From: Clostridia bacterium
Lineage (GTDB): Bacteria; Bacillota; Clostridia; Christensenellales; Borkfalkiaceae
Length of the DNA stretch: 64,000 nucleotides
Assembly (NCBI GenBank): GCA_017471945.1
Contig: JAFURH010000037.1
Coordinates: forward strand, 3,334-67,333
Direction of reading: 5' to 3'
Shown: positions 29,427 to 38,219 of the stretch, one piece after another
Layout of the letters: the number at the start of each line of letters is the position of its first letter
Position numbering within the stretch: position 1 is the stretch's first letter
Notes under the pieces: generated by a model
Told to the model about the DNA's origin: nothing
Database searches by the model: none
The model's input: only the letters and a program-made list of their open reading frames with translations
Position numbers and translations under genes: made by a program

Positions 29427-32400
29427 ATGACGAAACAAAGAAAAGCAATTGTAGGATGCTTATGCGTAGGAGTTATCGCGTCGGCTTGCGGCGTTGGACT
29501 GCTTTCCTCGCACACGGCGACGGCTGAGAACGTCGCAAAGTTTGAAATGGCAAAAGGCGCGTCGGTGCGCCTCGCGCAAACGGCAGACGACGAAACGGGT
29601 ATTCGTTGGCAGGCAAGCTTCAACAAAACCTATTGGGATTCGCTCCAAATAGCAGAAGGTCAAACCGTACAATTCGGCGCGATCGTTACGGCGGCTTCTA
29701 ACCTTACCGGAGTCGAGGATTTTACGAAAGACTCAGACAGCGAGGTGGTATACGTGCCTTGTGAGGCGACCGCACCGGAATGGGATGAGAACGATGAATT
29801 TACTTATTATGCGTCCATCGTATATCCCGAAAGCTCGTTTACGGAAGAGGAGCTGCTCGCGGCTTCCGCCGTGGAGCTGACCGCACGCGCATACATCAAG
29901 ATCGGCGATGATTATAGGTATGTGGATGAATATGCACATACGACCCGTTCTATGCGCGCCGTCGCGTTGGCGGAGGTTCACGACGAAACGGTGGACATAG
30001 AGGACGTAAGCGCCTATTGCGGTACGATCACGCAGACGGCAGAGGAAAATACGGGCTATTATAGCGACGTTGACGAATCCGCGTCCCTTACGAATCCGCT
30101 CGGATTCACCTCTACGGAAACGTATCAGGCGTATATCGACGCACAGCCCGTCGAACTCACGGTCGGCGACGGCTTGACGGTTACGGGCGCTTCGGGCTTG
30201 AAAAAGGAAAAGACGTATATGCTCGACGTGTTCACGGCTGACGGCAAGGTGTATACCCAGCCCTTGATCGCGGCGACCAAGGTCATTGACGAGGCGAGCG
30301 ATCTGTCGTATTTTACGATGACGAATATCGAGCTGGGTACGGACGAGAATAATATGCCCTACGCGACGGAAGGCACGACGGAGTTCGACGGCTATTACGT
30401 GCTCACGAAGAATATCGACGCTACGGACTATACCCACAAAGTAACGGACAGAACGAAGGGTGATGCGACTATGTATGCGGACCAGACCAACGCAAACGGG
30501 GTTACGCGTTCCAAGTTGAATCGGCTTTCGATGTCTAGTATGAGTGCCTGGGCAGTGCAAAATTACGTGCCGTCCAAGTGTGGCGGTTTGACGGGTACGT
30601 TCGACGGCAACGGCTATACGATCAGCAATCTCACCGTAGCGGATCACGGCTTGTTCGGGATCATTATCGGCGGTACGGTGAAAAATCTCGGCTTGGTCAA
30701 CGCTCAGCTTGGAGCTGCATTGGCTACGTACGAGCATCGCGTTATTTTTGCCGAGCAAATGGTAGACGCGACGGTTGAAAACGTATACTTACAGATGGCA
30801 GACGATACGATCAGTGGATCGAAGGCGGCGTTGGCAATGACGACGGCTGGCAGCCTCACGATGAACAACTGCGTGTTTGATTTTAATATTTACGGAACAG
30901 ATGGCGCAGACGTAACGACGGTCGCGTCCAACTATTGGGCGTACGGCTTATTCGGTTCGACAACCTCTCAAACGATGTCGTATGCTGATACGACTTTTAC
31001 TTGTAGCGACGTATACGTACGCTCGAACGTGGCGATTTCCGTCACGCGTGCGGGAAATAACTATGGGATCAATACCAGCGTATCTATCGCAGAAAACGAC
31101 GCAACAGCCGACAGCAACGCTATCGAAAAAGCGGCGTTCGAGTTGATCGGCGGTACGGTCGGCGAAGACGGCTCGTTGACGAGAAACGGAGCTACTTGGA
31201 CTCCGACGGCTAATAAATATATCTTCAATACGTGGTCGGGTGGCTCGCATATCAGAAGAATAGAAGGTATGTACCGCTACGATACGGCGACGGAAATGGA
31301 AAACGCGGGCAACACGTACGACGCGTTCGATTCCGAGCTTTGGGAGACAGGCGAGGGTAAGATCGCGTTTAGATCGACGGGCAAATCGCTTGCGCACACG
31401 GTAGAGGGTACGTATTATATGGACGGTACGACGGGTACGTTTACTTCCGAAGATAAGACGAAGATGTTCGGAAACGAAAACGCGGTCATCACTTCGGCTA
31501 CCTATAACGGACAAGAGCTTACCGTAGAAAACGGTGCGATCAAAGGCTTCGAGGATATTTCCACGCACGGAACGAAGGTCGAATTAACGGTGGGAATAGA
31601 CGGTAAGGAGCTTCCCTACGGCGTGTCCGTCATTCCCGCGACCAAGCTGATCTCAACGAAAGAGGATTTAGCGGTCTTTACAATGACGAATATCGAGTTG
31701 GTAAAGAATTCGGCGCAAACTGATACTGCTGCTGCAAACAGTTCGTATGCGACGGAGGGCACGACGGAATTTGCGGGCTACTACGTACTGACGCAGGATA
31801 TTGACGCTACGGGCTATACGCACAAGGTCACGAACGGTGGTGTCTTGACGGACGCCGTGAAATCGGGCGATTATTCCAAGCTGGAAATCGTCACTGCGAA
31901 CGGCAGCTACGGCGCTAACTATGCGAGAGGCGCTGTTTCCACGCACGGCGGTTTGACGGGTACGTTTGACGGAAACGGGCATACGATCAGCAATCTTACC
32001 GTACAAAATCACGGTTTATTCGGGTTGGTTATCGGCGGTACGATCAAAAACGTGGGCTTTGTAGACGTTACGATTGCGGCGGGCGACGTAGCCAACGAGG
32101 ACAGCGCGTTGTTTGCGGCGCAAATGGTGAACGGAACGATGGAAAACGTTTACGTAAAGGCAAAAGAGATAACGGGCGACGCGACGGCGAATTTGGCGTT
32201 GTTGGCGATTAGCGGTTTAGGGACGAATACGCTTAAAAACTGCGTGTTCGAGTACGATTTTGCAAATCGAGCGGCGAGAACGATGACGTACGGCTTATTT
32301 GCATCGACTGACACCGGTGTAAACAATCATCGAGGTTCTGTTGCAGGAACGAACGTATACGTAATTTCCAACTCGGCTTTGTGCGTTAGAGCGTTGGGAA

Positions 32401-32738
32401 GCGTTTCGAATGGTACGCAGGTTGCGATCGGCACAAACGAAACGACGGAAACGGATAAATTGCGCTTCGAGTTGCTCGGCGGCGTTATTACCGTTGACGG
32501 TGAAACGACTACTTATACCTTAAACGGCAATGCGTTTACGACTAGTAGCGATACTTCGATAATGGGCACGAACCATTGGTGGGTAGGCGTTTTCAGCGGC
32601 GTCGATCGTTATAATAAGGTGGAAGATATGCTGGCGGATACGGCTAACGATTATACCGCTTTGTCTGCGGAGTATTGGACGGTGACGACGGGAGCGGACG
32701 GCTCGGTTGAATCGGTTAGCTGGAAGGGCGCGAATTGA
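29427..32738 (+). CDS. Exported GLUG-like beta-helix protein with an internal two-fold duplication
   Basis: Signal/lipobox VIASAC. Duplicated modules: DLSYFTMTNIEL...EFDGYYVLTKNIDATDYTHKVT...GGLTGTFDGNGYTISNLTVADHGLFG and DLAVFTMTNIEL...EFAGYYVLTQDIDATGYTHKVT...GGLTGTFDGNGHTISNLTVQNHGLFG. Confidence 0.8.
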   Translation: MTKQRKAIVGCLCVGVIASACGVGLLSSHTATAENVAKFEMAKGASVRLAQTADDETGIRWQASFNKTYWDSLQIAEGQTVQFGAIVTAASNLTGVEDFTKDSDSEVVYVPCEATAPEWDENDEFTYYASIVYPESSFTEEELLAASAVELTARAYIKIGDDYRYVDEYAHTTRSMRAVALAEVHDETVDIEDVSAYCGTITQTAEENTGYYSDVDESASLTNPLGFTSTETYQAYIDAQPVELTVGDGLTVTGASGLKKEKTYMLDVFTADGKVYTQPLIAATKVIDEASDLSYFTMTNIELGTDENNMPYATEGTTEFDGYYVLTKNIDATDYTHKVTDRTKGDATMYADQTNANGVTRSKLNRLSMSSMSAWAVQNYVPSKCGGLTGTFDGNGYTISNLTVADHGLFGIIIGGTVKNLGLVNAQLGAALATYEHRVIFAEQMVDATVENVYLQMADDTISGSKAALAMTTAGSLTMNNCVFDFNIYGTDGADVTTVASNYWAYGLFGSTTSQTMSYADTTFTCSDVYVRSNVAISVTRAGNNYGINTSVSIAENDATADSNAIEKAAFELIGGTVGEDGSLTRNGATWTPTANKYIFNTWSGGSHIRRIEGMYRYDTATEMENAGNTYDAFDSELWETGEGKIAFRSTGKSLAHTVEGTYYMDGTTGTFTSEDKTKMFGNENAVITSATYNGQELTVENGAIKGFEDISTHGTKVELTVGIDGKELPYGVSVIPATKLISTKEDLAVFTMTNIELVKNSAQTDTAAANSSYATEGTTEFAGYYVLTQDIDATGYTHKVTNGGVLTDAVKSGDYSKLEIVTANGSYGANYARGAVSTHGGLTGTFDGNGHTISNLTVQNHGLFGLVIGGTIKNVGFVDVTIAAGDVANEDSALFAAQMVNGTMENVYVKAKEITGDATANLALLAISGLGTNTLKNCVFEYDFANRAARTMTYGLFASTDTGVNNHRGSVAGTNVYVISNSALCVRALGSVSNGTQVAIGTNETTETDKLRFELLGGVITVDGETTTYTLNGNAFTTSSDTSIMGTNHWWVGVFSGVDRYNKVEDMLADTANDYTALSAEYWTVTTGADGSVESVSWKGAN

Positions 32739-32754
32739 TCTACGGTGTAAAAGC

Positions 32755-32783
32755 GCGGGGGCGCGATAAAAAGCGTCCCCCGC
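32755..32783 (+). terminator. GC-rich hairpin after the GLUG-like gene
   Basis: gcgggggcgc / gcgtcccccgc (one bulge), 8-nt loop. The T tract is weak (ATTT). Confidence 0.45.
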
Positions 32784-32814
32784 ATTTAAAAACGCATAGG
32801 ATGCGGAGGCTTTT

Positions 32815-35364
32815 ATGAAAAGAGCAAAAAAAATTTTATTGGCGACGTTGGCGAGTTTATCCGTTTTTTTGATCGGCGCGCTTAGTGGCTGCGACTGCGC
32901 GGGCTGTAAGGACTGTCAAGGCAGCTCCTCGCAAAAACCGCAGCACGAGCATACGTGGGGAGAGTGGGCGCAAACGACCGCTCCGACCTGTATGGAAGCG
33001 GGCGAGGAAACTCGCGCGTGTAGCGGCTGTGAGGAAACGGAACGGCGTGCCGTGACGGGCGGACATTCCGCGACCTATCACCAAGCGGTAGAGGCGGGTT
33101 GCGATACGTTTGGAAACGTGGAGTATTGGTCTTGCTCGACGTGCCTTAAAAACTTTTCCGACGAGGGTTGTACGACGGAGATCGCCGACGTGCAAACGCC
33201 TGTGAACGGGCATACGCTCGTCTATCATCAAGCGGTAGAGGCGGGGTGTGATACGTTTGGAAACGTGGAGTATTGGTCTTGCTCGACGTGCCTTAAAAAC
33301 TTTTCCGACGAGGGTTGTACGACGGAAATTACCGACGTGCAAACGCCCGCGACGGGGCATACGTGGAAAGGAAACGTATGCGGAGTATGCGGGGATAAAA
33401 AATCGAGCGAAGGCTTAGCGTTTGTAAAAATCGACGGTAAGGACGAATACGCCGTAGCGGGTATCGGGGTATGTAAGGACGCTGCTTTGAGTATTCCGTC
33501 CGTTTACGAGGGATATCCCGTGACGGAGATCGCGGAAGGCGCATTTACCGATAATAAAGGAATCGTAAGAGTAAGTATTCCCTTCTCCGTCCGTTCTATC
33601 GGGCATTTGGCGTTTCACGGTTGCGTTCGGTTGATTGAAGTATACGACGAAACCGCGCTTAGCATTACGGCGGGTAGCATTGAAAACGGTTGGGTCGGCT
33701 ATTATGCGAAAAACGTATACACGGGCGATTCGGGCGCAAGCAAGCTTACAACCGACGGCGACGGGTTTACCGTCTATACCGACGGCGCAACGCGCGCGTT
33801 GGTGGATTACGTTGGGGAAAGCGCGAACGTGACGGTACCCGACGGCATTACCGAGATAGGCGCGTACGGGTTATACGCAAAGGAGATCCTTTCTTTACGT
33901 ATTCCCGCAACGGTGAAAAACGTCGGCTTTTACGGCGTAGCGGGCTGTTCAAAGCTTATAACCGTCGGCTTTGCAGACGGAGCGGAATTGACGGAACTTG
34001 GCAGATACGCTTTTTATCAATGCGAAAGACTGCAAGAGGTCAGTCTGCCCGATTCGGTTAAAAGGATCGGCGACGACGCGTTTTACGGTTGTTATCGCTT
34101 GACCGCGGTTTCCCTGCCGCAAGGCTTGGAGTCGATCGGAGGATCGGCATTCTATAATTGCTATCATTTGACGGAGATAGCCGTTCCGTCCACCGTGCAG
34201 ACTATCGATACTTACGCGTTCTTTAACTGTTATACGTTGGCAGAGGTACGTAACGATTCCGAAGCGATCGCTTTGACGAAGGGCGGGACGGATAACGGAT
34301 ATTTGGCGTATTATGCGAGAAACGTGTATACGGGTGCAGAGGAGAGCAAGCTGCAAACGGAGGACGGGTTCGTCCTGTACGTTGACGGTTCGGAAAAGCG
34401 GTTGCTTGGATACGTTGGCGAGAAAACCGTTTTGACCGTTCCCAACGGCGTTACTGCGGTAAACGAACGCGCTTTTTACGGATTAGAGGAAATAAGGGAA
34501 ATTATTTTACCGACTTCGGTGCAAACGATCGGCGAAGCGGCTTTTGAGGCTTGCGTGGGGTTGGAAAAGCTGACTCTTCCTTTCGTGGGCGCTTCGTCCA
34601 CCGAAACGGTCAACACGCATTTCGGATACGTATTCGGCGCTTATTCGGGATGGTATAACCAAGATAAAGTGCCTCAGTCGCTTAAAGAGGTAACCGTTTT
34701 GGGCGGCGAATTTATAGGCGAGAGCTCGTTTAGAAATTGCAAATATCTGGAGAAGATAACGCTTGGCGCAAGCGTAAAGACGATCTTCAACGGCGCGTTT
34801 TACGGTTGCGAGAGATTGAAAGAATGTCTTTTTGCAGACGGGAGCGTCTTGGAAACGGTCGAGTACGACGCATTTAGAAATTGTACTTCTCTGGCGAGTA
34901 TACGTATTCCCGCGAGCGTGAAAAAGCTCGGAGATCACGCGTTTCACGGTTGTTCGAAGTTGCAAAGCGTCGATTTCGATGCGGACGGCATACTGAAAGA
35001 AATTGGAAATAACGCTTTCTATCAATGCGTCGAGCTTCGCTCGATCGTTATTCCCGATGGCGTAAAGGAGATCGAAAACTTTACCTTTTACGGGTGCGGG
35101 AAGTTGGCAAGCGTGGAGCTTGGGTCAGGCGTAGCGACGATCGGCGACGGCGCGTTCGGCGAATGTAGTTCGTTGACCTCTATCGTATTGCCTGACACGG
35201 TCACGAGGATAGGTCACGGAGCGTTTAGCGGCTGTACGGTTTTATCCGAGTTGCATTTTTCAGGTACGGCGACGGAATGGGGAAGCGTAGAGCGCGTTGA
35301 CGGTTGGAAAGACGGCGTTCCCGCAACTCAGATCGTTTGTAAGGACGATAACGTGAATATTTAA
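32815..35364 (+). CDS. Lipoprotein with Cys-rich repeats and BspA-type leucine-rich repeats (LRR_5-like)
   Basis: Lipobox ALSGC. Cys4 repeats (H..YH..VEAGCDTFGNVEYWSCSTCLKNF). Many LRR units of the form IP.SV..IG..AF..C..L. Confidence 0.8.
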   Translation: MKRAKKILLATLASLSVFLIGALSGCDCAGCKDCQGSSSQKPQHEHTWGEWAQTTAPTCMEAGEETRACSGCEETERRAVTGGHSATYHQAVEAGCDTFGNVEYWSCSTCLKNFSDEGCTTEIADVQTPVNGHTLVYHQAVEAGCDTFGNVEYWSCSTCLKNFSDEGCTTEITDVQTPATGHTWKGNVCGVCGDKKSSEGLAFVKIDGKDEYAVAGIGVCKDAALSIPSVYEGYPVTEIAEGAFTDNKGIVRVSIPFSVRSIGHLAFHGCVRLIEVYDETALSITAGSIENGWVGYYAKNVYTGDSGASKLTTDGDGFTVYTDGATRALVDYVGESANVTVPDGITEIGAYGLYAKEILSLRIPATVKNVGFYGVAGCSKLITVGFADGAELTELGRYAFYQCERLQEVSLPDSVKRIGDDAFYGCYRLTAVSLPQGLESIGGSAFYNCYHLTEIAVPSTVQTIDTYAFFNCYTLAEVRNDSEAIALTKGGTDNGYLAYYARNVYTGAEESKLQTEDGFVLYVDGSEKRLLGYVGEKTVLTVPNGVTAVNERAFYGLEEIREIILPTSVQTIGEAAFEACVGLEKLTLPFVGASSTETVNTHFGYVFGAYSGWYNQDKVPQSLKEVTVLGGEFIGESSFRNCKYLEKITLGASVKTIFNGAFYGCERLKECLFADGSVLETVEYDAFRNCTSLASIRIPASVKKLGDHAFHGCSKLQSVDFDADGILKEIGNNAFYQCVELRSIVIPDGVKEIENFTFYGCGKLASVELGSGVATIGDGAFGECSSLTSIVLPDTVTRIGHGAFSGCTVLSELHFSGTATEWGSVERVDGWKDGVPATQIVCKDDNVNI
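33075..33368 (+). repeat. Near-identical 147-bp tandem duplication (2 copies) encoding a 49-aa Cys4 unit
   Basis: Copy 1 is 33075-33221 and copy 2 is 33222-33368. They are in frame and differ only near the ends of the unit. Confidence 0.85.
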
Positions 35365-35385
35365 AAGTATTTTTACCGTAAAAAT

Positions 35386-35421
35386 ATGCACCTGCAAAAG
35401 CTTTTTGCTTTTGAGGTGCAT
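35386..35421. terminator. Bidirectional hairpin between convergent genes
   Basis: atgcacctgcaaaagc / gcttttgaggtgcat (one bulge), flanked by A- and T-rich runs. Lies between the LRR gene (+) and the AraC gene (-). Confidence 0.55.
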
Positions 35422-35443
35422 AGCGGTAAAAGTCAAGAGGGTA

Positions 35444-36238
35444 TTATTTTTTACGGTTTCGCATAGCGGAAGGGGTTTTTCCGTGATATTTTTTAAAGGT
35501 CTGATAGAAATACGGTAAGCTAAAAATACCGACCGCATAGGAAATATCCATAATAGACATTTCCGTTTCCTGCAATAAGATCGCCGCGTGCTTCATTTTC
35601 AAGGAAATAAAAACCTGATGAGGAGTGCCGATACTGGCTTTTTGAAACAGCCGAGTCAAATGTTCGGGCGTGTATCCGATTTGACGAGCGATCTCCTTGA
35701 TCGTCAGGTTCATATTTTTCGGATGGGACATAATCTCAAGCGTCTGCGAAACGGCAGAAAGGGATTGAGAGTCCTTTAAGGAAATAAATTCGGGCAAAAG
35801 GAAAGAAAATGCGATCTTATGCCATTTATCCGCTTGTGCTTTGGAAAACGAATTGTTGGCGGTTTTCAAAAGCTTTAAAAGCTTATTGTGCAGGTTCGGC
35901 GATAGGGTCGCGTATAAATCGTTGCTTGCGTGCAATTCCTCGTAAAGACCGTCATAAATACAGCGGCAGGCTTGTTGCAGGTACTCGTCTTTGACGGTAA
36001 TGTTATAATATTCGCATTCGTCGAGCAGAACGGGTTTTAAACGGTGAACGTTTTCGGGTTTGATGAGCGCGATATCATAAGTGTGAATTTCCTTTTCTTT
36101 TCCGTCGAGGCTGTTTATCAAAGAGCCTTTGCAAAGAAAAAGGATCTCCCAAAAGGTATGCAAATGCACCGTTTGGAATACGTTCGGCCAAAAGCGCGAG
36201 GAAATTTCGACTTGATCGGACATTTTATAAGTAATCAT
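35444..36238 (-). CDS. AraC-family transcriptional regulator
   Basis: C-terminal HTH IKEIARQIGYTPEHLTRLFQK ... YAVGIFSLPYFYQTFKKYHGKTPS. AAGGAG sits 6 nt before ATG 36238; the track start 36259 has no ribosome-binding site. Confidence 0.85.
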   Translation of the reverse strand: MITYKMSDQVEISSRFWPNVFQTVHLHTFWEILFLCKGSLINSLDGKEKEIHTYDIALIKPENVHRLKPVLLDECEYYNITVKDEYLQQACRCIYDGLYEELHASNDLYATLSPNLHNKLLKLLKTANNSFSKAQADKWHKIAFSFLLPEFISLKDSQSLSAVSQTLEIMSHPKNMNLTIKEIARQIGYTPEHLTRLFQKASIGTPHQVFISLKMKHAAILLQETEMSIMDISYAVGIFSLPYFYQTFKKYHGKTPSAMRNRKK

Positions 36239-36319
36239 ACAATACTCCTTTCTTATCAATAGTATAACATTTTATTTTTGGATTGTCAAATAAAAAGATT
36301 TCTAATGTACGGTGTAGAT

Positions 36320-38197
36320 ATGAAGAAAACAGATTTTTTAATTGGTTGTAATTATTGGGCTTCTAACGCGGGCGCGCTGATGTGGCGGCACTTTGACCCG
36401 CAGATTGTAGAAAAGGATATAGAGGCTTTATCGGGTTATGGCGTTAATTGTATTCGGATATTTCCCAACTGGGAGGATTTTCAACCGATTAAAAAGGCGC
36501 ATAAACCGAATACGGAATATAATAAGCTCAGTCCGTTTTTGATTCGGACGGAAGAACGCCCCTTATTATACGAAAAGTTCCCCGAAAGCGGGCTTTCCGA
36601 ACGGCAGGTGGAAAATTTTAAATTCCTGTTGGAGACGGCGAAAAAGTATAACGTGAAGGTGATCGTGGCGTTTATAACGGGTTGGATGAGCGGTCGATTG
36701 TTTTTACCAGAGGCGTTGAACGGAATGAATCTTATTGCCGATCCCGAAGCGATTCTTTGGGAACGCGCGTTTATCAAGGATATGATAAGCGAGATCAAAC
36801 ACTACGATAATATTATCGCTTGGGAATTGGGGAACGAATGTAATTGTTTAGATTATCAGGTCAGCGAAAAGGAAACGGAACTTTGGATATCTTCGATCGA
36901 AAGCGCCATTCGTCTTGCCGACAATACCCGTCCCGTATATTCGGGAATGCACGGCGCACGCGTGCAGGGGGCTTGGAATTTGCTTATACAAAGCAAATAC
37001 TTAGACGTGATGACGACCCACCCTTATCCCGCTTTTACGAGCTATTGCGGGATCGAGCATTTGCGCGAAATGCGCGCTTCGCTACATTCGGCTGCGGAAA
37101 CCGCGTATTATGCGGCGATTGCCCGTAAGCCCTGTTTGGTCGAGGAGATTGGAACGCTCGGTCCCGTATACTTGAACGACGAATATGCCGACGAATATTT
37201 CGAACGCGCGTTGTTCACGTCTTTGGCGGTGGGAACGCCGGGCTTTTTGTGGTGGTGCGCTTTTGAGCAGAACGGATTGAATTTTGCACCCTACGATACG
37301 GTGACGATGGAGCAAAATTTAGGTCTTATGTACAGAAATCATCAGCCTAAGCCCGTTATCAAAAAACTGAAAGAGGTTTCTTCGGATCTGAAGGAGATCG
37401 GCGCGTTACCTACGCCGCAGGCGGACGCGGTCGTTGTTTTGGCGCACGCCAGCGATCAGTGGAAAGCCGCGTACGGCGCGTTTATGCTCGGGGTACAAAG
37501 CGGCAGATTTGTGGATTATTGTTACGAAGAACAGCTTTTAAAAAGTAGCGATTATTATATTCTTCCCTGTATCAGAGGGTCAAGCGCGTTGGCTGCTTTC
37601 ATTATCGATGCGCTCAAAGAGCGAGTTTTAAACGGTGCGAAGCTTTTGATCACGAACGCGGGAGGATTTATCGGCGGTTTCGAGGAATTGACGGGCTTAA
37701 AGGTGTACGGGAGAGAGGGCGTTTCCTGCAAAAAATCTTTTAAGATCGGCAAGCGCGGTTATGAAATAGCCTGTGGCGGTAAATTGCTGATAACGGCAAG
37801 CAAGGCAAAGGTTTTGATCAAGGACGACAACGGGGAGATATTGCTTTCCGAGAATAAATTAGGGAAGGGAAAAGTATTGTTTTTCAACGCGCCCTTGGAA
37901 GATTTTTATACGGAAAGCTACAAGCCCGAAGATTCGGGACTTCACGAAATTTACAAGCTTTTCTTTGCCGAGAAAGAAAAGGAGTTCGCAGTGGAGAGCG
38001 ATCGGTGTATGGTCACCACGCACGAGCTCGAAGACGGTAAGCTCGCCGTTATGTTGAATAATTACGACAAAAACGCCTGTTTGAAATTCCGTTTAAAAGC
38101 GGGTTATGAAATCGTGAAGGCGTTGCACGTTGAAACGGAAGGCGACGAGCTGACGTTCAAAAAGAAATACGCCTATTTGGAAATAGAAAAACGATAA
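36320..38197 (+). CDS. Clan GH-A (beta/alpha)8 glycoside hydrolase (cellulase/beta-galactosidase-like) with a C-terminal extension
   Basis: NYWASNAGALMWRHFD...GVNCIRIFPNWEDFQP. Acid/base-type WELGNECN. Nucleophile-type CLVEEIGTLG. The start is uncertain (36305 or 36320). Confidence 0.6.
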   Translation: MKKTDFLIGCNYWASNAGALMWRHFDPQIVEKDIEALSGYGVNCIRIFPNWEDFQPIKKAHKPNTEYNKLSPFLIRTEERPLLYEKFPESGLSERQVENFKFLLETAKKYNVKVIVAFITGWMSGRLFLPEALNGMNLIADPEAILWERAFIKDMISEIKHYDNIIAWELGNECNCLDYQVSEKETELWISSIESAIRLADNTRPVYSGMHGARVQGAWNLLIQSKYLDVMTTHPYPAFTSYCGIEHLREMRASLHSAAETAYYAAIARKPCLVEEIGTLGPVYLNDEYADEYFERALFTSLAVGTPGFLWWCAFEQNGLNFAPYDTVTMEQNLGLMYRNHQPKPVIKKLKEVSSDLKEIGALPTPQADAVVVLAHASDQWKAAYGAFMLGVQSGRFVDYCYEEQLLKSSDYYILPCIRGSSALAAFIIDALKERVLNGAKLLITNAGGFIGGFEELTGLKVYGREGVSCKKSFKIGKRGYEIACGGKLLITASKAKVLIKDDNGEILLSENKLGKGKVLFFNAPLEDFYTESYKPEDSGLHEIYKLFFAEKEKEFAVESDRCMVTTHELEDGKLAVMLNNYDKNACLKFRLKAGYEIVKALHVETEGDELTFKKKYAYLEIEKR

Positions 38198-38219
38198 AGC
38201 TGAAAAAAGGAGGAGAAAA

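Noticed and set aside
33075-33368. The tandem 147-bp repeats as a diversity-generating retroelement template/variable repeat pair
   Set aside because: Differences between the copies are not biased to adenine positions, the copies are adjacent and in frame, and no reverse transcriptase gene is present in the window.
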